Positions 1 through 14,077 of a stretch of 64,000 bases of DNA are shown here, one piece after another. Each line of letters begins with the position of its first letter. The stretch's first letter is position 1. The DNA is from Haliotis rubra (taxonomy: Eukaryota). The notes below the pieces were generated by a model. It was given only the letters and a program-made list of their open reading frames with translations, did not search any database and was not told the origin of the DNA. The DNA lies in contig NW_025767492.1 of assembly GCF_003918875.1 (NCBI RefSeq), positions 1 through 64,000 of the forward strand. The letters run 5' to 3'. The translations under genes were made by a program, and so were the position numbers.

Positions 1-287
1 TCACAAGAATTATTACCAATAATGTGGATGTGAATTTAAGTTTATAATTGGTTTTAATGTACTAGCTACATGAGGTAATATAAACTGAGTTAGCTAAACA
101 GGATATAATGTCATTCCAGAAGTTGGTGAGTTAAATAAAAGCATACGACTTTACCTTGAAAATGATGGAAGAATCCACCCTGAATCGTCGTTAACCCAAA
201 CAAGTTGTTTATAAAAAGTTGTTATCCATAAAGGTGTAAGCTTTATTAAAGTCATGTTGTTTTATCAGTGTTTAAACTACTACCTTC

Positions 288-1200
288 GTGAAGTTGTCAG
301 AAAAATTTTGCACAGTCGGTGCGCGAGTAGAGAGAGGACGCGGGTGTTTCAGGCCTCACGATGGGAGACAGCCTGTGGCCAATATAGGGCCAAAATTGGC
401 GGGTTTTCACAACCTAATAAAGCAAAAACAAGTTTTCATGGTATTTACCATGTGCTGGACACAGCTCTCTTTGTCACTGAGGCTGCTACTCTTGTTCAGC
501 GACGGAATCTTGGTGGTCGACGGAGACATTGAACAGAACCCAGGACCACGACCCCAGAGAACTCTCACACAAAGTGACACAGGCATCGTTGGATTAACAG
601 GTAGAGATGACACTGACATTGCTTCCATAGTTAAGGATATTCAGAATGAACTCCGTGAAATGAACAGTAAATCTGAAAGATTGAATGTTAAAGTCGATAA
701 AATGGCGACGGACCTGCACGTGCAAATGGAGAATGTCATGGAGGAAAACGGACAACTTAAAGTTACTGTATCTCGTTTGGAGGAAAGGTTAGAAGACTTA
801 CAGTGCAGGAATAGACGTGACAATTTGGTTTTCCGGGGTCGTAAAGGTGTCAAAGGTGAAACATGGGAGGAAAGCGAAGATAAAGTACGTGCATTTCTGG
901 AGAAAGGATTTGTTCATGGCGAGCGCTGATGAAATCCAAATTTAAAGTTTAAACCCAAGAAGAGACAGTTCACCTATAGTGGCCAAATTTATGTTCCTCG
1001 AAAGTGACAATTATAAACGTAGCCGTGAAACACTCCCGAAAGATTTCGACATGAAAGTGAGTGAAGATTTTCCACAGAAAATCAGGAGGATCGAAGGGCG
1101 TTGTCTACAATGTTTACTCGTGCTCTAAGTGAGGGCAAAGGCCGAAAATACGTGTTAACAAACTCATCGTTGATAAAGAAATTTTATATGTTTGACAGAG
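288..1200 (+). mobile_element. Non-LTR retrotransposon ORF1 (2A-like peptide, coiled coil, L1-type RRM-like region), degenerate after about 930
   Basis: ORF 288-929 has GDIEQNPGP at 522-548, a heptad-rich coiled-coil segment and the ORF1 motif RNRRDNLVFRG..GETWEESE. Similar sequence continues out of frame to about 1200. Confidence 0.7.
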
Positions 1201-2439
1201 AGAAGAACAAAGTGGTCCAAATAAATGATAAAGAAAGCAAAGGATTATAACTGTGGTGAGGACCTGTCCGGTTCTCGCTCCGGTAGAGAAAGGGAAGTAA
1301 CTCCAAGCACCATTCGTGACCAACTCGTGTTATTCAGGGACAAGCCGAATAGCGACTCGTGCCCTCTGGAAGGATTTCATATTGGCGTAGGAACATCAGA
1401 ACTACTTCAAACAGGAACGATAACTCTATTCCTGTTTGATCCCAAAAGTACTTAATATCACCTAAGTACTCATACATTGTATTGTTGTTTTGTTTTTGCT
1501 ATTTATTCTAAAGAATTAAACCTCCTTGGTACAAATAAAAGAAAGAAAAACATATTTGTTAAAGACATAGTCTGACGTAATTATTACCAGATATTCGCCT
1601 GATATTTCCAATCATATTTCTGAAAAAGGGTTCAGTAATCACAAATGGGATTTGTTTTATTGAATATGCAAATCAAATTTATAAAAAACGCAACATTAAA
1701 TCCCAAAGCAGAAACTCAAACAATGACTTTTATAATATTTCTCAAACTGGACTTACGTGTAACCTTGCTGTTATACCACAAGTGGAATTTTAACTGAATT
1801 CGCTGAAAAGTATATGAATGACCACAAGAATGTCAGACTAAAATATTCCCAGAGAAATGAAATGTATGCCCAATGTTAAAGAATAAAGTTGGTTAGTTAC
1901 ATACAGATATAATAGTATTGTTTTGAAACTCGTAGCGATATATAATTACATTTCCTAAAATTGTTGGGAAGCGCACGTACAATCTCCATAGCAAACCCGC
2001 AAGATCGTCAGAAACACCCTCAGTTGGACCCATGAGAGCCGTTATGTCAACAAACGCACGTGCATGTATTTGAATCTCACCATCAATCGCATGATTCTTA
2101 TCCAAAACTTCACATTAGACAGCAAAATCCTGTTGGCTAAGTTCTTTGTATTTTCAATAAAACGATATATACTTTTCATGATTTTTTAAACAATGACATA
2201 ATGCCATAAACGATTTAAGTACTGGGATTATTTTACCAAAGCACCGCAGTCATTTACGCGCGTTCTGATTGGTTTGTCGTATTTTCACACATAACAAGCA
2301 TCGAGAGAGGAGTCTCTTTGCAGGTTACGGAAAGGGGCGAGTGGTGACGAATGTCCAAGCACTTCACTGGACAAAGAACGAAGGAAATGAAAGCATGACC
2401 AAGGCCCGCTTGACTTCCGTATTCTATCATGGAACATCG

Positions 2440-4420
2440 AGGGAAAAAAAAATATGACAGTGAACAATCACAGGTAAATCTCTTTGCAGAAATTACGATA
2501 TCGTAGCATTGAGTGAGACTTTCGCTACGAGCCAAGCTGACTTTTCTTCGTTTATGTCCGGTTTCCGGTCATACAGCAGTGTGCGCCGGAAAACCAAACG
2601 TCGCGGAGACCTCACGGTGGACTGAGTGTTTTTATAAAAACTACTGGGTATCAAATCAGTATATATTCAGGCTGTATGATGAATTTGTAGACGTGATTGT
2701 GCTTATTCAAAACCAGCAAACTTTCATGAAACTTTGACACGATTATGATATTTGTTTACCTTTCCCCAGAAAACTCACAAATGTATCATGATAGAGAAGA
2801 TGGTATGGTTGTTCTCGAACAGCATCGGAAAACTATTGCAAAGTGACCATAATGATAAAAGATATATATGGCTGGTGATTTTAATGCCAGAACAAAAAGA
2901 CTTTGATGACTTCATGCAAGATGACAATATTAACTTTGCCTATAGGCACGGTGATGACATTGATGGATATCCATCAGACGAATTTTGTATGCCAAGAGTG
3001 AACAAAAGACACTGATTTTAATCATTACGGTATAAAACTGACCGAAATATATGTTGTACTTTTGGGATACATTTATTTAATGGCAGACTTTTAATGATAA
3101 AGATGGCAATTTTACATGTTTTACGCACAATGGTCAGAGTGTTGTCGATTATATGCTGGCATCAACAGATATATTTTCAAAGGTAACATCTTTTGTATAG
3201 CTATGCGTGATGAGTCTAACATTTTCCATTGTAATTGTTCTTTAAGAATTCAACTGGATAATGGTAATGTACAGGAAGGACGACCAGGCAGAGAGGATTG
3301 ATGTAAAATGTGTCTGAAAATGGCACTGATGATGTCAACGAATGGTCAGAATATGTATGGATAGGAAATGACAGTCAAATATTTACTGATAAATTTTTGT
3401 GTAATCTATCTGAAGTTTATGAAGATTTTGTGACCAGATTTATACGGACACAGAGAAAAGCTTTAGCATCTATTAGTAGCATCTACCAATCAGCAGCAGT
3501 TAATTCTAAAAAGGATTTATCGGAGTAGTTAGGGTAGAAGTAATAGTCAACCTCCATGGTGGGATAGGGCATTTAGAAGATCTGAAGATCTGAGTATCAG
3601 GCACTTAGAGCTCATAGAGATAATGGCAAGGATTTCTGTGAGTTCAGAACATTAAGAAATCTATTCCAAGGCCAAATTTAGAAGCAAAGGAAGTATTTTT
3701 TTCAGCTGAAAATGAAAACAGACCTAATTGAATGTAGAAATAATGCTAAATTATTTTGGAAAAGCTTAAGCAAGGTCATGTGTGTGATGGTATTTCGCAG
3801 AAAATTGGTAGTGAAGATTGGACACGTCATTTTAGCAAATCTCCTATGTGTAGATGATATTACTAGTGATTTCAGTTACGATAATTTGGAGAGTCATGGA
3901 GTTGTTAATATATTCAGTCTTAATGCTCCTATTACCCTTAAGGAAGTTTTGTTTCATATAGATAAGATTGGATTAAATAAATCACCTGGTCCTGATGGTT
4001 TAGCTGCAGAGTTTCTAAAGAAACTAAGAATTGTATTTTCATCTGTATTAGTTTTATTGTTTAATAAGATATTTGAAAGTGTCAATTTTCCCAAAGAATG
4101 GGATAAGAGTATTATATGTCCCTTTGTAAGGTAAGTCAGGGAAATAGGCATTCTCCTGATAATAATCGAGGAATTTCTGTAATCGATACAGTATGCAAGG
4201 TTTTTTTGTTCTATTCTTAACTTTAGGCTTCAGAGTTTGTGTACTAAACACATGAGTATTATTGCCGAAGCACAGTTCGGCTTCAGAGGAGGATCGTTCA
4301 ACTATTGATAGCATATTCTGTTTTGCATTCTATTGTTCGTAAGTATGCACTTAAAAGAATGGAAGATTTTATTTTCAAAGGCTTTTGATTCAATTAACCA
4401 TGATGTATTGCTGAGCTTGT
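2440..4420 (+). mobile_element. Degenerate LINE ORF2 (APE endonuclease + start of RT), RTE-X/CR1-like
   Basis: Frameshifted motifs: NYDIVALSET, GDFNART and SVVDY (APE); KSPGPDGLAAEFLK, NRGISV, QFGFR and KAFDSINH (RT). Confidence 0.75.
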
Positions 4421-4648
4421 GTAAGACTAACAAACGTTTCTCGAATTATTTTAGTTGTAAAATTCTAAGAGAAATTCTTAGCCTTTGCTCTAAGATTACC
4501 AAAACAAAATCTTATAAAGCTAAAACTAACTCTTAAGAATTATTCATAAATGGTCTAAGAGTAACTTTTTAACTAAGAATGGGAGTTCCATCCCCTCTTG
4601 TTTGTGTGGTTATCCAGTCGAAAAGGCTGTACATAATTTCTTCACATG

Positions 4649-4725
4649 CAGGGGCGGTGGGTAGCCTTGTGGATAAAGCGTTCGCTCGTCACGCCGAAGA
4701 CCCGGGTTTGATTCCCCTTTATGGG
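4649..4725 (+). mobile_element. tRNA-derived SINE head (truncated)
   Basis: A-box/B-box-like sequence GGTAGCC..GG / GGTTTGATTCCC. Same family as 7203-7362 and 21431-21589. Confidence 0.75.
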
Positions 4726-6279
4726 TAAAACCGTTGGTTTTAAAACACCACCCTTCATACAGATCGTAGTTAATGGGTACAGAAATGTTCAAAGGAAACC
4801 TTAATTGTTTTAAACGACTACGGATTCGATGACAAAATATAACATACCGTCAACTCTTCCAAGGGCCACCAGGAGTAGCGCCACCTCTATGAACCGACCC
4901 ATTGTCACAGAGCTGCGTCTGACACTGGACACTGACGCAGCGACGCTCCGTCTGTCGGGGTGTGTACGCATAACCAGGTATAAATTATTACAAGTGAATC
5001 AGATCATACTTCCAATGCTTTCATGGTTGATATCGGTGTGTTGCTTTTAATGAGCCGCTGTACTGGACCTTTTGGTGTGTTAAGCAGTTTGCCTTTATCA
5101 AGGTATTGGCGTATTAACTCTATCCACAGATATACACAAACATACATCACGTGAGTTCGAGCACCTGTTGGCCAAATGTAGAAGTTGAAATGAAACTGTA
5201 TGAATAAAATATGATTCCTTTGTCGGTATGCACTGTGTCATTTATTTTCCGGCAAGAGTTGTCACTGAGGCGTCACATCTGGAAGTTTCCTCCCCGTGTC
5301 TGCCTTAACACGTTTTGAAAGCTGTATTCAAGCTTTGATAGTTGTAAGAGTAGTATTTGCTCCTCCCATTATTCACTATCGCCGCCACGATACATTTTGA
5401 GGTACATTGCACGTGTAAATGTTCATGCCTGTATTGTACCCCTACGTCGTGTATCAAGTGTAACGGGTCCTTTACAGTACAATATCATCACTATATGTCT
5501 GTTCTAGTAAACAGTTGAACTGAGACATTAAGGCATACATCAAACACGTGATCCGCAGTTTTCATCTACTTCACATGAAAGCATATTGTGGTATTATTCA
5601 ATCTTTCCGCATAGTGTGAATCCCAGTCCTAATCTGACATTGTTCCACTAAACAGGAAAATGACAGTTACGTCATTTTACATAAACGTGCCCAGGTAACT
5701 TGGTGATTATATGGTGTGAAAATCAACACTTTGGTTGTCTCGAACTACGGATAAGTCGGCTTCTAGTTTAGGTTTTTAACAAGTGTTGATGAAATAACTT
5801 AAATCTGCTTGGCAGACCAGTGGCTCCTGATGAGAGAACTGAATCGGCTCACTGGCATAGCTGGTTACACCTGCTGATAAATATTTTTCTTAACATCATA
5901 CAAACACAATTTTACATTGAATATTTCTGACATACTGGTAATAATGAGGCATGAATTTCCCTCTATAGTTGCTATATTTAGAAACGAGGAAATCATATTA
6001 TCATTACTTTTATCCGTGGCCTCATGATCATTACGTGACCTTTTAACGTGTTATGATCACTAGTGCAGACTTATGGTAAAGAAGTAGTCAATGAATTTAA
6101 ATAATCAGTTTTTCTAACTTATGGCAAAAAAGATGTAAAGTAAAAATGAATTTAAATAATCGGTTTTTATACTTTATTCAATAATAAATACAAAAGCATT
6201 TGTGAGAACACGTGTTTGTAAAGACATATTATTATTTCTTTTATGGGTCTTCAATAAAAAAGACATTTTTAAAATATCA

Positions 6280-6530
6280 ATAATATACATACACAGACAC
6301 TTGTGGTACGATACAAAGTCCTTTGTATCAGTGTGTTACCGTTACCATGTATACTTTATATCAGATCAATAAATACACACCAGACATTTGTGAGATACAA
6401 AGGCCTTGTGTGTTACCGTACAATGTATACCATATATACTTATATCAGATCAATAAATACACACCAGACATTTGTGAGATACAAAGGCCTCGTGTGTGTT
6501 ACCGATCAATAAATACACACCAGACCATAT
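6280..6530. repeat. Degenerate tandem repeat (about 85-bp unit)
   Basis: Repeated GATCAATAAATACACACCAGACATTTGTGAGATACAAAGGCCT. Confidence 0.75.
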
Positions 6531-7202
6531 AAACCATCAGAACCAACTGAACTAGGAAGGCCTTTGATCCCTTTGGAATAATTGTGCCTTTTGAAAGATT
6601 CTGCTTTGGTGGATTTCAAATGCTGGTTATACTCTCGCAGTGAATTTTAAGATATATGTGATATTTACAGAACGGAAACACACTCAGCTGATACTGTTAT
6701 CATGTTTAAGCAGTCGTGTTTAAGGTTTAATTCAGCTCGATGAAATACGTTTAGAAACTGTGTATGAATATGATGTCAGAGTAAACTGTCCCATTTATTC
6801 TTTCAGCCAAACAACTTTTTGTAGCAACAGAATCAGCCACATTCAGTCAAACACCATGAAATGTTTTGGTAACGTTAGTCAGTGTCTGATAGAGCTAGCA
6901 CACACTGCAGTGATATATGACTGTTAAATGTAGTTCCTGCTAGGTGACCTCATTTGCATATTTATTGTAGGGTGATACCAAGTTTACCGGATACCTTTTC
7001 CTCATCGATAACACCTGATAACACTCATCTATTGAGGTAAATCTAGTTATGTTTGTTACAATTGCTTTTCTGGTGGCTATATTTGTAAATTGAAAAGAGA
7101 ATATGTGTTCATGTGAGAGATAAACAGATTTTGTTCTCGGAAATATGCTCATGTTATAAATTTTGATCTCTGGCATTGACATGTGGAGCTCTTTTCTAAA
7201 AT

Positions 7203-7362
7203 GAGTGAGTGAGGTTTTACGCCGAGTTTTGCACTATTCTAGCAATATCACGGCGGTGGACACCAGAAATGGGCTTCACACATTGTAACCATGTGGGGAA
7301 TCGAACCCGGGTCTTCGGCGTGACGAGCGAACGCTTTAACCACTGAGCTACCCCACCGGCCC
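7203..7362 (-). mobile_element. tRNA-derived SINE with (ACTC)n tail
   Basis: Reverse complement of the 21431-21589 SINE, with B-box GGTTCGATTCCC. Confidence 0.85.
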
Positions 7363-7849
7363 TTGTCTAGAATGATAATGAAATGATTTTGTAACACTGC
7401 GCCATGAAGATAAATCTGTTGCTATGAAGGCATGATTACACACGGTCATTTAGGAGTTGTCATTTACACTTTCAGTGACTTGGTTGAATGCATACCAACG
7501 AATTTTATTTGCTTCGTTGAACGCTGGTGTCAGTCAATGGATTTATCTGGTCCAGCGGGAATTTTGTGAGTGGATCCTCTCGAGTAGAAGTGTCCTGTCG
7601 TGTGGGACTAGTTAATGTTGTGTCAGGTCTGAAGGTTCTAAAACCAACCATAATTCAACATGATTCCATTTTAGCGCACATCACCAAATCTAGGTGCACC
7701 TCTCTCAGTGCGCAGTTGGCAGGTATCTTTGCTCTGGTCACTCTACTGCCGAGTATAACGGCCGCCATGATTTAGTCACTTTTGGCTGGTGAGTGTTTGG
7801 TTCCACGCCGTCGTCAACAGTATTTCAGCTTCTCAGCTTGATGTAGGAA

Positions 7850-8055
7850 AAACCCGAAGTGATGCAGGTGCTAGATATTTACCACTTTGGTAAAACACAC
7901 GTGCATGGGTGTGTGGCATATTGAGCCAACTCAGAAACATAATCAGGACAAACCGGGATTCGAACCCACCACCATACGTTTCTTACATACAGGCCACTGG
8001 ACACATACTTGTATTTGGCGATTTCTAGCGCCACAGACCACTGGGCCACCCATGC
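7850..8055 (-). mobile_element. Old tRNA-headed SINE-like fragment
   Basis: Minus strand has GTGGCCCAGTGG (A-box-like) and GGTTCGAATCCC (B-box). Confidence 0.5.
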
Positions 8056-8490
8056 GTACCTACCATGATTATATGTCATTTACAAATTCTTTATAACTGA
8101 AGCTGATTTATTCTCTTTGACGAGAGAAACTTATATTTCGGTACTAACAAGCATACCCGGTTGTGTCTGGGTCTTGAGCAGTCTAGGTTCGCTGACTTGG
8201 TGGATGTAGTCTTCATGCCATGTGTTTAGATGGATGCAAAGGATGTCTGTCAGAGGATTGCCTGATGCTGACTAGTGTGCGGCGTAAAATGACCAAGAAA
8301 CTCACACAGAAATGTTTTAATCTTATACTTTTAAAGGAAACAATCAATGGATAAACAATCACGTTCTCATAAGTCCACATGGAATGTGTATCACAGGTTT
8401 CCAAGTTTTGACTTTTCAAGCACGACTTGTCCTCGAGACCTACAACATAAACAAAATTTATATATAAACATGTGGCAATTAACTACAAAT

Positions 8491-8923
8491 TAGTGTTGGG
8501 AATTGGTTAAAATATCATAATTGATGATTGGTTCATTGCAAACCAATCAAACATCGAAAATAATTGGTTAGCATCATTTGTCAAATTTTCCTGGTTATGT
8601 TTATTAATGCATCAAAAACATATATATATATAAAACAGGTAGTTCTTTGCGTTGTTGTTTTTCAAATTGCACATCTTTAAAGGATGACTAGTATGTTAGG
8701 AACATTTTCCTGAGTCTTTAAGATAAATTCAATCATAACAAGGAACGAGCTTGTAGTGCTTCTGAAATGTAACAGATAAAACCAACCTTGTGAAAAATAT
8801 TGTTAATGCAAACAAGAGTTTCAAAATTGTTTATGTTCGATTATGAGAACACATGATCGATTGTTTGGTCGTTTAGTCATAGCGACCAATCTTCAATTAT
8901 TTAAATTAATCGGACCACCACTA
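8491..8923. mobile_element. hAT-type MITE
   Basis: Termini TAGTGTTGG / CCACCACTA with a perfect 8-bp TSD CTACAAAT (8483-8490, 8924-8931). Confidence 0.8.
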
Positions 8924-9299
8924 CTACAAATAGAGGTCAGCAGGTCAGGAAATCTTTAAACAAAGACATTCAACATAAGGGAAAGGTTAAATATGACAAA
9001 AATAATTACATATAAGAATGGAATCGTTCACGTGTCTGACTCCATCAAAACTTTCTCTTTAAGGTAATATCAAAGCTATTTTCGGTTACCAAATATACTT
9101 AGACATGTCACAAATTTGACTTTAGCACACTATGCTCAGAATATTTGCACAAGTTAAAAAATACAAAATGACCGTTATGCTAATATGAATATGAGTTTTA
9201 AATTGCAGTTTTAGTGAACAATATGAGATAATTAATGGTTTTGTGGATGTGTATCATTTCCTATTGTTGTATGCTGTTATTGTCCAGCAGTTATATACT

Positions 9300-9630
9300 T
9301 AGGAGGTAAACATACTGTCTTGGAAAATCAGAGGTATATAACGAATTATAACAGCTCTAAATTTTGTATTTGAAAACCTCATGCTACGCGTCTGGTTTTA
9401 AATCAAATTCAGAGCTACGAACGCGTAGCATGAGGTTTTAAATAGAAAAATTTAGAGCTGTTATCATTTCAGTTATATACCTCTGATTTTCCAACACACT
9501 ATGTTTATCACCATAATAACCGTTATTAAGATTTTAAAAAATATCTACACTGTGTTGGAAAATCAGAGGTATGTAACGTGATTATGTACCCCAGAATGAC
9601 TTTAATTAACCAATCACAATCCAGTATTTA
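9300..9630. mobile_element. Non-autonomous palindromic element
   Basis: Long inverted arms (about 9305-9392 vs 9420-9510) and a third direct copy of TTGGAAAATCAGAGGTAT at about 9555. Confidence 0.6.
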
Positions 9631-9734
9631 GTGAAGTCATGGTAGAATTTAAATATATTACTGAATAATAATGGTTCAGTCTTAGTGAAGGTAAAATAAA
9701 AACAGTTGTTTAAGGAAAAATAATAGAAAATATG

Positions 9735-9850
9735 GACCCCTGTAAATCCGGATCACGTCAATCTGAACCCCTGTCAATCCGACACCGTCAGACGGAACCC
9801 CTGTCAATCAGGACACTGTCAGTCTGAACCCTGTCAGTCTGAAACCCCTA
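9735..9850. repeat. Degenerate about 30-bp tandem repeat
   Basis: Repeated GAACCCCTGTCAATC..GACAC.GTCAGTCT. Confidence 0.65.
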
Positions 9851-10634
9851 AATGCATGCCAATTCCTGGATACAGTATTGAATACACGGATCAGGCTTCA
9901 GTTAATGTAGGAGGTACAGATAAGATCTGCTTCTGTAGGATGTACGAGAAGTGTAATAAATCATATTACCTTTCCGCAACACCTGAACATTACATATGGC
10001 AAGTAGATTGTGGAGAGAAGAAAATACAGTTCAATTCATGTACAACAATCTGATACAATATTATTACTGATCAAAGTGTTAAAAATGTTCAGCTTCAAAA
10101 AGACTACTTCATAATTACACTGTCCATATACTCACATTGCAAGGTAAGGTAACACAAAGCTTTGAAACATGATATGCAATTCAAATATTTGTTAGATGCC
10201 ATGTTCAACATTACTGAATGATAATATAAGTGAGAGTATAAATAATGATTGAAGCAGAGAGATCCACAGCTATGGTAGTAACATGAAGTTTGTAGTGTCT
10301 ACAATCCTGAGGCATGACAGGATGATTATTATATAAATGTATGCAATGTTCTCGGGCATCTGTCGTTGTATAAGATAATAAAAATAATAATAATTTGTTA
10401 GAAACATATTAGTGACTAGGGCAACCTTATGGTTAAGCTTCCGCTGGCCACACTGAATACGTTTACTGATAGGGTAATTCTACATGTGATGTTAAACATT
10501 TATATCTCCAGTATGCAGATATACATTGGTTTGATAAAGGCCTGTGAAGTGCTGAAAATAAACAAAATGTGAAATATTGAAGGTGTATTGCGTACACAAT
10601 CCCGTGAAGTATTGACTACTTATAGTGTAGATAT

Positions 10635-11070
10635 GTCCGACAGCCTAATGCTGCTAATCTTTGTAGCATAAATTCTTTTCAGCGAAAGTTTTCGTTGTTC
10701 TGAATATTTTCTCGTTGCTTCAAGTTTCTGTGAAAAACTGACTTGAAATTTGCTCGTTTGCTTAGAGTATTTTGACTTGTTTTTCTCGTTGCTTCGAGTA
10801 TTTCCTTGTTATTCAAGTCTTGAAACTAATTTAATTCAACTGGAAGCAACGAGGGGAAATAGTTTAGGAACGAGAAAAATAATTGCAATGAGAAAACCCT
10901 CGAAACAACTTTGAAAGAAACTAGAAGCAAGGAGAAAATACTTGATGTAACGAGAAAATAATTGAAATAACGAGAAAATAACTCCCCATGAACCAAATAA
11001 TCAAAGCAACGAGAAATGTCGCTGAAAGATATTTTATGCTACAAAAGTAGCAGCATTAGGGCTTTCGTAG
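10635..11070. mobile_element. MITE with about 45-bp TIRs and internal short repeats
   Basis: CTAATGCTGCTAATCTTTGTAGCATAAA..TTCAGCGA vs TCGCTGAA..TTTATGCTACAAAAGTAGCAGCATTAG, with internal TTCTCGTTGC / GCAACGAGAA repeats. Confidence 0.75.
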
Positions 11071-11812
11071 ATAAGCCGGTGTAGCACCGATAAATACGAA
11101 AGCTTATTTCCTTGGTTAGAGGTAAGTGACAAAGGGTGACAGACGTTGGAGTAAGTGTGTAAAGCAGAAGTTGACAGAATTGAAAAATAATGCACGCATC
11201 CTTTTCATCACTCCACAAACAAACACTTCACTCATGATGACCCTAAGGTTATTAATATATGAATATTTAATCTGCAAAACAAATCGAAAGTATCCAGGAC
11301 ACGCACAGTGACGGCAAATTGGTTTTTTAAAAGAATATTCAAAATGTGAAAAACCATTGTAAATATTCAGGACTCACATAATGACCACAGTTTAAGCATG
11401 AATGGTTCTAATTGTCCACCGAACTTAAGTTAATAACATTATTGAAAAATATTCAAATGAAGCCGTTCGTGTCTCAGATCCCGTTATACATTTACTTATT
11501 TCTTCGCTCATGCAGTTTGAATGACACATGAAATCATGCCTCAAAATATATTTCGTGTATGTTTCTCGTAGAGACTCTTGTTCATCTATGTGTATTACAT
11601 GTGTTTGCCACACGCCCCTTCTATCTATCAAACAAATATATGTGTCATGTTTCTGACAAAAAGCAACAGTTAATGTGTCGTTATATAACTACATTGTAAT
11701 TCCAGAATGCGATAAATCTACAGATTCCATAATCTTACACTGAAAAACAACGTATGTACATCTCCTGTTTAAATTGTATCTTTTTCCAAAATCAGAATAT
11801 CGTACAACTTAC

Positions 11813-12947
11813 CTGTAGTAGCAGGTGTGGTTGATTGATCAGCTGGGAAATGGTAGCCTCCTGTGATAATATCGTAGCGAAACACATACAGAGCGAATCT
11901 GTTGGTAGAGCGGACAAAGTAACTCTCGAGTAAACAAGCTGTTCCCTGTTTGTAATCACTACGAGGGATGTCCACCCAGTCCATTGTAGCAGGGTCATGT
12001 CGCTGCTAAATACTTCAATATCTGTTACGTGTTGTTTAGTCAGTATGTTTATACATTGTGCATAATGAACCTGTGCATTGTTAATAAAATATTTCAACTG
12101 GAGTTACAAACAACAAACCCATGTGGAGTGTACTAGTGCGCCGACTCTACACAAGGTTGCAATGACAGGTCTTGTGGTATTAAAATACAGTGTCTCGTTA
12201 TACACGAGGTTTTGACGATACACACGGTTGTCACCAAGAGAGAATATAGATCCATTGTTCAACATAATTTCAGCGTCGAACTGGTCACTCAACAATTTGC
12301 AGCTGGTATGCAGGGCCCCTTTCAGAGGATAAATCCTGTGTAGACAGGACAAACTCTGTACCATGATGTCGTACAGGTAATAGTTGTGCAACGGCTTTGA
12401 CATCACGTCCTTCCATTGCCCCACTGAAACACAGCTACAGCACGTGTTGTGTTGATAACAGTTCCAGTCAGGTCATAGGCGCTCTTCAACGTGAAGGTCT
12501 GATACTCATCTAGACTCACGTGAATCGTGTCTCCGTCGTTGTATGTCATGTTGTCATAGGTGAGGTTCCCCTCCAGCATCAGCGTTATGTCCACGTCCGT
12601 CTTCTGGTTGTAGTTAGCAATCACTAACACCACATAATCCGTGTAAACCAGGCAGGTGGACACTGCATACCTTGGACTGAGGGCCGAGATCGGAGGGGAT
12701 AAACGCACCATATCCACTGTATCCGTTAATACTGATGTCCTTACCGAAGACGTGGATTACGACAGCCTTAGTTTCCACACCCACCGTCACCATTACAGAC
12801 GTATCTATATTAGTATAATTCCAGCTGTATGGCGCTACAGTGGATGTGACGTTATACCCCAGCTGTGGGTAATCAACTAGGTAGAATCCCCTGTTTCCCT
12901 TGCTACCGCTGCAACTCCATGAATATTTGTCAGCAGGTAGCTCACAC
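11813..12947 (-). pseudogene. IgGFc-binding protein N-terminal domain (FCGBP-like) exon, frameshifted
   Basis: Motifs YQTFTLKSAYDLTGTVINTTRAVAVF(SG) and FALYVFRY..GGYHFPA are split over several frames. Acceptor TTTCTTCCAG before 12947 and donor CAG|GTAAGT after 11813. Confidence 0.7.
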
Positions 12948-13825
12948 CTGGAAGAAATGGACACGGTTTGTTAGTGAGTTTTGAGAATGGATAACAAACA
13001 TCACAGTCTGGCTCCTTACCATTGACAGTTTCCAGCGAATCACATATGTTAAGCTGAGGCTGAGTGATGATTTTAGCTTTTAAATGAGAAGAGTTTTAGC
13101 TTCCGAGTTAAATCTTGATAGTAACTTTGCCACCGTTGGTAGATGTTGGGATTTATTAGGCATTTTATTTCATTTTTAGATAATGGCATGTTTAAACTAA
13201 CTTCTGTGAATTTTAGGGCCAATTTGGTCCAAACATGTGTGTACTAACTCCGAACTGACCAGTCTCTGTTTTTCCCCGCAGTGTCTAGATCAAGACAGGG
13301 ACACAAGTACCATCTTTTAACGTCTTTTTATGACAAGAGCAGCGAATCAAAGCACTGACCTCTCACTCTCCCGGCTGATGGTTTCAGCAACCCCACCCCT
13401 TACCCTCCAAAGTAAGAAGACTGTAGATAGACGCCAGTATGAATTAACTTTGACTTTGTCAAGTATAACGCATATTATTGTTCCTTTGTAGTATAGATTT
13501 GTCTTCCGTCATTGCTGACAGGCCGTGATGTAACTGACGTACTGTTGAAGGCGGTGTTAAACCTAACTCACTCACTCAAAGAAGATGCGGGTATACCTAT
13601 ACCTTCTTCGTTTTCTTTGTTCACCAGTCACTGGGCTACTTTTGGATACAGATGGGCCATTTGTAGATGGTGATTCCGAGGATTGTATCATGACAGTTGA
13701 TGACCATAAACAGAAAGTGAGTTACAATATAAAGTCACATCGACATTATTTCATCTATATCGTGACTATGAGAGTTGTAAATAGAATTAGACAGTATAAA
13801 TATCTGTTAACAAAGGACAGTAAAA

Positions 13826-14077
13826 GTGAGTGAGTGAGTGAGTTTAGTCTTACGCCGCATTCAGCAATACCCCAGCTATATGGTGGGGTCTGTAAATAAC
13901 CGAGTCTGGACCCGACAATCCAGTGATCAACATCATGAGGATCGATCTGCGCAGTTTGGAACTGACGACATATGTCAACCAAGTCAGCGAGCCTGGCCAC
14001 CGATCCCGTTAGTCGTCTCCTTACGACAAGCATGGGTTACTGAAGGCCAATATTCTAACCCGGACTTTCACGGGTCG
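13826..14077 (-). mobile_element. (ACTC)n-tailed SINE nested in an older repeat (about 13780-14330)
   Basis: Same family at 27733-27970 and 53618-53853, with partial copies at 24303-24405, 31165-31335, 34580-34710, 57354-57520 and 63210-63370. Flanks match the 17103-17620 repeat. Confidence 0.8.
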
